DNA from: an alpha proteobacterium SCGC AAA240-E13
GTDB taxonomy: Bacteria > Pseudomonadota > Alphaproteobacteria > Pelagibacterales > Pelagibacteraceae
Length of the DNA: 64,000 nt
Assembly: GCA_000504625.1 (NCBI GenBank)
Contig: AZHR01000004.1
Location: forward strand, 15,863 to 79,862
Direction: 5' to 3'
This document shows positions 58,314 through 64,000 of this stretch, piece after piece. The position numbers and the translations under genes are program-made. The notes under the pieces are model-generated. The model was not told the DNA's origin. It saw nothing but the letters and a program-made list of their open reading frames with translations, and searched no databases. Every line of letters starts with the position of its first letter. Positions within the stretch are counted from its first letter, which is position 1.

Positions 58314-58496
58314 ATAAATTCACAATTATTTAAAATAATTCCTAACAAATAAATATACAAAGAATAATTACAAAATTAGTTGCATCTTATTATAACAAAC
58401 CTTTATTTTAACTACCATTATCAAAATATTTTAATTTAGTTTTAAAAAAAAATGGTTTATTAGAGTCTTATAATTTCACAAATTATTTATTATAGT

Positions 58497-60110
58497 TTGA
58501 ATATGCTAAAGATTAAACACGTAATTTATATATTTATAATTTTGATTGTTTCTTATCTGTTTTCCTTGTTTTTTATTAATTTCAATATGCATCCTTATGA
58601 AGATGCCGCAATGTCAATGAGATATGCTCAGAATTTTGCCGATGGACATGGTATTGTTTGGAATATAGGTGAAGAACCACTTGCTGGTTCAAATGATTTT
58701 CTATTTATAATTTTTGTTGGAGCATTAAAATTCGTTGGAATTTCTATAGAATCTGCTGTTTTATATCTTAATATTTTTGCTTTTTTGTCTACATTAATTA
58801 TTCTTTATTATTCTTTAAGAAATATTTATGACGCTGGAACTTTAGCTACAATTTTTGTTTGTTTATATTTTATATTCAGTCCTATTCTATTTATTAGTTC
58901 CGCATACTTTGGCACCATATTATTAACTCTTTTTGTAATTTTATCTTGGTCAACTGCTTTGCATATCATTATAAAAAAAAGAAGAGAGATAAAATATTAC
59001 TGGCTGTTTTCCATCGCAACTTTATGTATGGGATTAGCACGATCGGAAGGCTGTATAATAGCTTTGTTTATGTTGATTGCTGTTCTTTTTTCTCTAGACA
59101 AAAAAGAGAAAAATAAAATACTTTCAATTTTTTTTTTCGTATTTCTAATTTTTGGAGGAACATACTTGGCATGGAGATGGAGTTATTTTGGACAACCATT
59201 TCCAAGTCCATTTTACATTAGAGGAGGAGGCAATTTTTATTTTGATAGTCTTCAAACTTCATTGCATAATGTCAGAAAATTGAGTTGGCCATTTCTTATA
59301 AGTATATTTATTGGTTTTCTCTTTCAAGATATTAGAAAGCTATCCTTGCAGTTATTATTGCCGATATTTGGAGCTTCTGCTATGTGGATGATATTGTCTA
59401 ATTGTGAAATCTGTCACGGTATGAACTTTGGAGGACGCTATCAGTTTCCTATATTAGTAATTGTCCTTCTTTCTTGGTATCCATCAGCTATCAAAATCTG
59501 GAATCATTATATCAAACCACGAGTAAATTTATTAAAGAAACAAAGTAGATTGCTGTTATCTATTTTATATAGTTTTTTTCTTATATTTATTTTGGCAAAG
59601 GAAATAGAAAGTTCACGAAAATGGACTAGACATATACATATAAAGGACGGTCGATATGATGTTGCCGTTATGCTAAAAAAATACTCTAAAAAAAAATATA
59701 CTATGGCTGTCACCGAAGCTGGCTTATTACCCTTATATTCAAAATGGAAAGCTATTGATACATACGGATACAATGATTCATGGATTGCTAAAAACAAAGG
59801 TATCACAAAAGAATATCTTAGCAAGATTTCTCCTGAAATGATTATGTGGCACGAATATTTTTCTCCTTTATCGCCCCCAAAGAAAGAAAGAGTGAACAAT
59901 TCTTGGTTTAAAATGGTAAAAGTATTACAAGAATATGCAGAAGAAAATAATTATATATTGGTAGCAATTTATGGAGTTCAAAACGATAATACCCATTATT
60001 ACTACATAAAATCAGATCTTCACGAAAAAGATGAAATCATCTCAACAATCAGAGAAATGGATTATTACTGGTATGAATCAGGAGAAATAAGCAATAACTA
60101 TAATGAGTAG
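58497..60110 (+). CDS. polytopic membrane glycosyltransferase-like protein (GT-C fold candidate) with a C-terminal soluble domain
   Basis: The first-loop motif HPYEDAAMSMRYAQNFADGHGIVWNIGEEPLAGSNDF resembles arabinofuranosyl/GT-C-type transferases. About 11 TM segments. The ATG at 58503 is the more likely start than the TTG at 58497. Confidence 0.5.
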   Translation: MNMLKIKHVIYIFIILIVSYLFSLFFINFNMHPYEDAAMSMRYAQNFADGHGIVWNIGEEPLAGSNDFLFIIFVGALKFVGISIESAVLYLNIFAFLSTLIILYYSLRNIYDAGTLATIFVCLYFIFSPILFISSAYFGTILLTLFVILSWSTALHIIIKKRREIKYYWLFSIATLCMGLARSEGCIIALFMLIAVLFSLDKKEKNKILSIFFFVFLIFGGTYLAWRWSYFGQPFPSPFYIRGGGNFYFDSLQTSLHNVRKLSWPFLISIFIGFLFQDIRKLSLQLLLPIFGASAMWMILSNCEICHGMNFGGRYQFPILVIVLLSWYPSAIKIWNHYIKPRVNLLKKQSRLLLSILYSFFLIFILAKEIESSRKWTRHIHIKDGRYDVAVMLKKYSKKKYTMAVTEAGLLPLYSKWKAIDTYGYNDSWIAKNKGITKEYLSKISPEMIMWHEYFSPLSPPKKERVNNSWFKMVKVLQEYAEENNYILVAIYGVQNDNTHYYYIKSDLHEKDEIISTIREMDYYWYESGEISNNYNE

Positions 60111-60768
60111 CAATTATTTAAAATTTTTAAAATTGGTTTTTAAAAAAAATAGTTTATTAAGAATTTTACAAATTTATGAATGTTTAAATATCAATCTTCA
60201 TGGTACCACTATTGAGTTTGGGGTAACAAATAATAAAAATAAAACTTTCTCTAATTTTGTGAAAGGTACATCAAAATTTCATTATTCCAATAAAATAAGC
60301 AATAAAAAACTGAATATATTTTATTCTGATTTAACAAAAAAACTGAAAATTTCCTCAAAAAAATACGACAATGTTCTATTTTTTAATGTCCTAGAACATT
60401 TACCAGAATACGAATTGTCTTTTTTGGAAATTTACAGAATTATAAAAAAAGGAGGGAAGTTTATTGGTTCAGTTCCGTTTATTTATCAAATTCATGCTGC
60501 GCCAAACGATTATTTTAGATTTAGTAAGCAATTTTTTGAGCTAAATTTAAAAAAATATCATTTTAAACAAGTAAAAATTAAATCTATGGGATTTGGTCCC
60601 TTTACGGCCAGTTATTCACTTCTCCATGCATATTTAAGATATTTGCCTTTTTTTAGTCAGTTATGTTTATTATTAGCTTATATTCTAGATAGCATTATAC
60701 AGATTTTCGTTAAAACGGATCTTAAAGAGATATTTCCTATCGGTTATTTTTTTACAGCAAAAAAATAA
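60103..60768 (+). CDS. class I SAM-dependent methyltransferase (Methyltransf_11-like)
   Basis: YDNVLFFNVLEHLPE...IIKKGGKFIGSVPF. The glycine-rich motif I is degenerate. Confidence 0.7.
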   Translation: MSSNYLKFLKLVFKKNSLLRILQIYECLNINLHGTTIEFGVTNNKNKTFSNFVKGTSKFHYSNKISNKKLNIFYSDLTKKLKISSKKYDNVLFFNVLEHLPEYELSFLEIYRIIKKGGKFIGSVPFIYQIHAAPNDYFRFSKQFFELNLKKYHFKQVKIKSMGFGPFTASYSLLHAYLRYLPFFSQLCLLLAYILDSIIQIFVKTDLKEIFPIGYFFTAKK

Positions 60769-60806
60769 TTTAAAGTAAATTTAAAATCCGTTATTAAAAT
60801 ATTTAA

Positions 60807-61970
60807 ATGCAAATGAAAATTTTTTATTGGTCCCCTTTTATATCAAAAGTTGCCACTGTTACTTCGGTAATAAAATCTGCAGAGTCCATATTAAAATATT
60901 CTAAAAAAGAAAATAATATCAAGGTAGCTATCATTGATGCAATTGGAGAATGGAAAAATTATAAAAGATCAATTGATCCAAAAATTGAAATTATAAATTT
61001 AAATAAAAAAAATATCACGGAACATTTGCCAAAAGGAAGTTTTTTAAAAAGTAGATTATCTTACATTTTAATTTTCTTTCTGTCTTTTTTTAAGTTATTA
61101 GATTTAATAAATAAAAAAAAACCTGATTACTTAATTACTCATCTACTTACTTCGCTTCCAATTTTTCTAACATTGATTTCTAAAAATAAAACTAGAATTG
61201 TTCTTAGAATTTCTGGATTGCCAAAATTAAATTTCTTCCGCTACATTTTTTGGAAGTCATTTTCAAGAAATATTTATAGAATTACGTGTCCGACAGTGGC
61301 AACTTTTGAATACCTAAAAAAAAAAAATATCTTTGATGAAAATAAAATCTTTGTTTTAAGAGATCCGGTCATTCAATTACATGAATTTTTAAAAAAAAAA
61401 AATGAGAAAATTAAAGATTTAAAAAAAGAAAAAAAAGATACTATTATTGGAATTGGCAGATTAACAAAGCAGAAAAATTTGCTTTTATTGATTAAGGCTT
61501 TCAAAAAAATATTATTTAAATATCCAAACTATCACCTGGTTTTGTTAGGAGAGGGTGAGCAAAAAAATTTATTGATAAAAGAATCAAAAAAATTAGAAAT
61601 TCATGGCAAAATATCATTCTTGGGTTATCAAAGTAATGTATATAAGTACTTGCTAAATTCAGATTGTTTTATATTAACATCCTTATGGGAAGACCCTGGA
61701 TTTGTGATTCTTGAGGCAGCTTTAAGTAATACTTTTATTATATCAAGCAATTGTCCTAATGGTCCTAGTGAAATTTTATCAAATGGAAAAAATGGATTAT
61801 TATTTCAAAACAACAACTTATCCGATCTCCTAAATAAATTTGACGAATTTAAAAACATGAGCAGAACTGAATTAAATAAAAAAAAAATTCTTGCCAAAAA
61901 AAAAACAAAAATATTTACTCAATTTGCTCATTTTAGTTCATTAGAAAAAATTATTAACTTAAATTTATGA
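60807..61970 (+). CDS. glycosyltransferase family 4 (GT-B)
   Basis: GRLTKQKN and WEDPGFVILEA motifs. Confidence 0.8.
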   Translation: MQMKIFYWSPFISKVATVTSVIKSAESILKYSKKENNIKVAIIDAIGEWKNYKRSIDPKIEIINLNKKNITEHLPKGSFLKSRLSYILIFFLSFFKLLDLINKKKPDYLITHLLTSLPIFLTLISKNKTRIVLRISGLPKLNFFRYIFWKSFSRNIYRITCPTVATFEYLKKKNIFDENKIFVLRDPVIQLHEFLKKKNEKIKDLKKEKKDTIIGIGRLTKQKNLLLLIKAFKKILFKYPNYHLVLLGEGEQKNLLIKESKKLEIHGKISFLGYQSNVYKYLLNSDCFILTSLWEDPGFVILEAALSNTFIISSNCPNGPSEILSNGKNGLLFQNNNLSDLLNKFDEFKNMSRTELNKKKILAKKKTKIFTQFAHFSSLEKIINLNL

Positions 61971-62884
61971 CACTTGTTATTTGCATATGTACTTATAATA
62001 GAAATCTTAATTTAATTAGATGTTTAAATAGTATAAAAAAATTATATTTTGTAGCAAATATTAAAATTAAAATTATAGTTGTTGATAATTCAAATAAGTA
62101 TACATCATTTAAATTAGTTAAAAAATTAAAGAAATCATTTAAATATAAAATAATACAATTGCACGAAAAAAGAAGAGGAATTGTTTATGCAAGAAATAAA
62201 TGTTTACATGAGGCAAAAAAAATAAATCCTAAATTTATATGTTTTTTTGATGATGATTGTATCGTAGATCGTTTTTGGCTTAAAAATGTATTTAAAGTAA
62301 TAAAACTTACTAATGCCAAGATTGTTACCGGCCCTCAATTGTCTTTAAAAAAAAAATCTTTGAATGACTCTAAATTAATTAATTATTCTCAATTTTTTGA
62401 GAAGAATCATAAAGGGAATTTAAAAAGAGTTAATTGGGCTGCAAGTAATAATGTTTTTTTAGAATATGATATTGTGACAAAACATAAGCTGTTTTTTGAC
62501 AAGTCTCTAAATAAGTTTGGGATTGGCGAAGATCAATTATTTTTTTTAAAACTTAATAATTATGGATACAAAATATATTGGAGTAAGAAAATAAAAGTAT
62601 TTGAGAGTGTTCATAAACATAGACTAAATTTAAAATGGTTAATTAGGAGAAGCTTTAGATTAGGAGTTCTTGGACATTACATAGATATCAATATACATGG
62701 AAAAGCAATGGGTTATGTAATGAATTATTTAAAATGTATTTATTATTTTATAAAAAGCCTATGTTACATTTTTCTTCTTTTTAATAATAAATTTATGTAC
62801 GACGCATTGAATTATTTCTCTAGATTTTGTGGAAGACTGATTGGTCCATTTGTTTTTAAAAAAATAGATTATTTTAGAAAATGA
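61967..62884 (+). CDS. glycosyltransferase family 2
   Basis: LVICICTYNR...IIVVDNS and FFDDDC (DxD). Confidence 0.8.
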   Translation: MTLVICICTYNRNLNLIRCLNSIKKLYFVANIKIKIIVVDNSNKYTSFKLVKKLKKSFKYKIIQLHEKRRGIVYARNKCLHEAKKINPKFICFFDDDCIVDRFWLKNVFKVIKLTNAKIVTGPQLSLKKKSLNDSKLINYSQFFEKNHKGNLKRVNWAASNNVFLEYDIVTKHKLFFDKSLNKFGIGEDQLFFLKLNNYGYKIYWSKKIKVFESVHKHRLNLKWLIRRSFRLGVLGHYIDINIHGKAMGYVMNYLKCIYYFIKSLCYIFLLFNNKFMYDALNYFSRFCGRLIGPFVFKKIDYFRK

Positions 62885-64000
62885 ATATTAATTCTAGAAA
62901 TATTTATATAATTTATTTATTATTATATTTTTCTTTACTAATTGGCTTTTACTTTAATGAAGATTTTGGATCTGGATATAAAACTGATTATTTTTTAGAT
63001 AAAAAATTTGTTTTTTTGTTTAAGGAAAATATTCTAAAAACTTTATTAAATTTTGATAAATTTACAACAAGTCATTCACCAATTTATTATATTTTTTTTG
63101 TATTATTAGAAAAAATCTCATTTAATGAAATAACATCGAGATTAATTAATTTGCATCTTTCTTTGTTAATACCTTTTTTTTTTTATTTGTGCTTAAAGTT
63201 AAAATATAAATTTCAGATAGAAGATCCTAAAAGTTTAATACCCTGTTTAATATTTTTGTCTCCATACTTTCGATCTAGTGCAATTTGGGTAGGCAGCGAA
63301 AACTTATCTCTTTTATTTGTGGTAATTTGTTTTTATTTTTTTTTAAAATATGAATCAAATAAAGAAAAAAATTTATCTTATATTTTATTGAATGTATTCT
63401 TTTTAGCTTGTGCTTCTTATTTTAGACCAATTTACGCTTTATTTAGTATTTATTTTTTTTTAAGATTTTATTTAGATTTAAAATTTTCAAACAAATTATT
63501 ATATTATATTTTACTAAATATATTTTTAAGTTTTCCTGCATTATATTATATATTTATTCTCAATGTAAATTTCATGCTAATACATATTAGTCAACCAATA
63601 ACTGTATCTAGATTTGTCAATCAGTTTTCTGTATGTATTTCGATTATTTGGTTTTACTCAATTCCTTTTTTATTGGCTAATATAAAGGAAAACTTTAAAT
63701 TATCAATATTTAAAATTGAAAATATTTTTGTATCTATAATTTTTACATATCTACTTATATTTTATTTTAATTATGAATTAACTCATGGGGGAGGTATTTT
63801 CTATAAAACTTCTATACTATTTTTCGGCAATAATTATTTGTTTTATTTTTTTTCTTTAATAAGTTTAAATTTGTTACTTGCAACTTTTTCTTTAAATTTA
63901 AATTTTAAAGACAAAATTTCCGATTTTGTTTTATTTTTCACGCTTATTCTTTTTGAACCGGATATAGCTTTTTATCATGAAACCTATGACCCGCTATTGT
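62881..64000 (+). CDS. polytopic membrane protein, GT-C/ArnT-PMT-like; 3' end lies outside the window
   Basis: Own translation from ATG 62881 (MNINSRNIYIIYLLLYFSLLIGFYFNEDFGSGYKTDYF...) is open to the window end. It has an early acidic loop (NEDFG) and many TM segments. Its ATG overlaps the preceding TGA (ATGA). Confidence 0.5.
   Translation, partial: MNINSRNIYIIYLLLYFSLLIGFYFNEDFGSGYKTDYFLDKKFVFLFKENILKTLLNFDKFTTSHSPIYYIFFVLLEKISFNEITSRLINLHLSLLIPFFFYLCLKLKYKFQIEDPKSLIPCLIFLSPYFRSSAIWVGSENLSLLFVVICFYFFLKYESNKEKNLSYILLNVFFLACASYFRPIYALFSIYFFLRFYLDLKFSNKLLYYILLNIFLSFPALYYIFILNVNFMLIHISQPITVSRFVNQFSVCISIIWFYSIPFLLANIKENFKLSIFKIENIFVSIIFTYLLIFYFNYELTHGGGIFYKTSILFFGNNYLFYFFSLISLNLLLATFSLNLNFKDKISDFVLFFTLILFEPDIAFYHETYDPLL

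Noticed and set aside
36091-59899. Shadow ORFs inside accessory and island genes: 36091-36318, 38016-38198, 39260-39511, 44652-44915, 49415-49597, 49536-49748, 50986-51198, 52808-53146, 55554-55790, 57397-57600, 59507-59899.
   Set aside because: All are embedded antisense in longer ORFs that have recognisable domains or coherent TM topology. Their Ile/Phe/Lys/Asn-rich composition is typical of random frames in AT-rich DNA.
27517-64000. Search for mobile-element hallmarks or defence systems in the accessory region. I looked for integrase, transposase, IS inverted repeats, a direct repeat of the tRNA 3' end, restriction-modification, toxin-antitoxin, CRISPR-Cas, and Abi, CBASS or retron-like genes.
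   Set aside because: None of the ORFs shows recombinase, nuclease, NTPase or reverse-transcriptase motifs. No repeat of the tRNA 3' end was spotted by eye. The region looks like a recombination-shuffled glycan/envelope island rather than a classical mobile element. An exhaustive repeat search would need software.

Overview
The window is extremely AT-rich (about 70% A+T by eye) and very tightly packed. Many start and stop codons overlap, and convergent genes abut or overlap. Gene content and order look like a streamlined marine alphaproteobacterium of the SAR11 / Candidatus Pelagibacter type. That assignment is an inference from synteny and composition, not from any search.

The window divides into three parts.

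(1) 1-27.5 kb is a conserved core. It holds a split Rieske oxygenase, rluD, rpoH, purA, thiD, glmM, folP, ftsH and tilS. Next come the complete Tol-Pal cluster (cpoB, pal, tolB, tolA, tolR, tolQ), ruvC-like, yebC, ymdB-like, a 5-formyl-THF cyclo-ligase and zapA. These are followed by a tkt-gap-pgk-fba(class I) block, thiE, efp, suhB, rpmE, a DUF1013 gene, purE and rpsU. The core ends at an initiator-type tRNA-Met (27440-27516).

(2) 27.5-37.7 kb is a mixed accessory stretch, all on the minus strand. It contains:
- an FkbM methyltransferase broken at an A10 tract
- an exported MsrA followed by a chain of tiny ORFs
- DUF2784, a family-5 UDG and hspQ
- two secreted MORN-repeat paralogs
- a B12-binding-domain radical SAM enzyme
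- a compact cobalamin-riboswitch-like leader driving a BtuB-like TonB-dependent receptor plus a small polytopic membrane protein

(3) 37.7-64 kb is a large cell-envelope glycan island that runs off the window. It holds at least 9 GT2/GT4 glycosyltransferases, a WecA/MraY-type initiating transferase and Gmd. It also has a nucleotide-sugar dehydrogenase with a UDP-glucuronate-4-epimerase-like partner and two SAM methyltransferases. A GMC flavoprotein is preceded by an unannotated 50-aa Tat-signal micro-ORF. There is a nucleotidyltransferase-GT2 fusion and 6-7 large polytopic, GT-C-like membrane proteins.

I saw no rRNA, CRISPR array, transposase, integrase or recognisable defence genes.

The most interesting candidates are the corrinoid-sensing uptake module with its nearby B12-radical-SAM and MORN genes, and the island's logic of polyprenyl-phosphate-sugar synthases paired with GT-C-like proteins and a Tat/GMC oxidoreductase.
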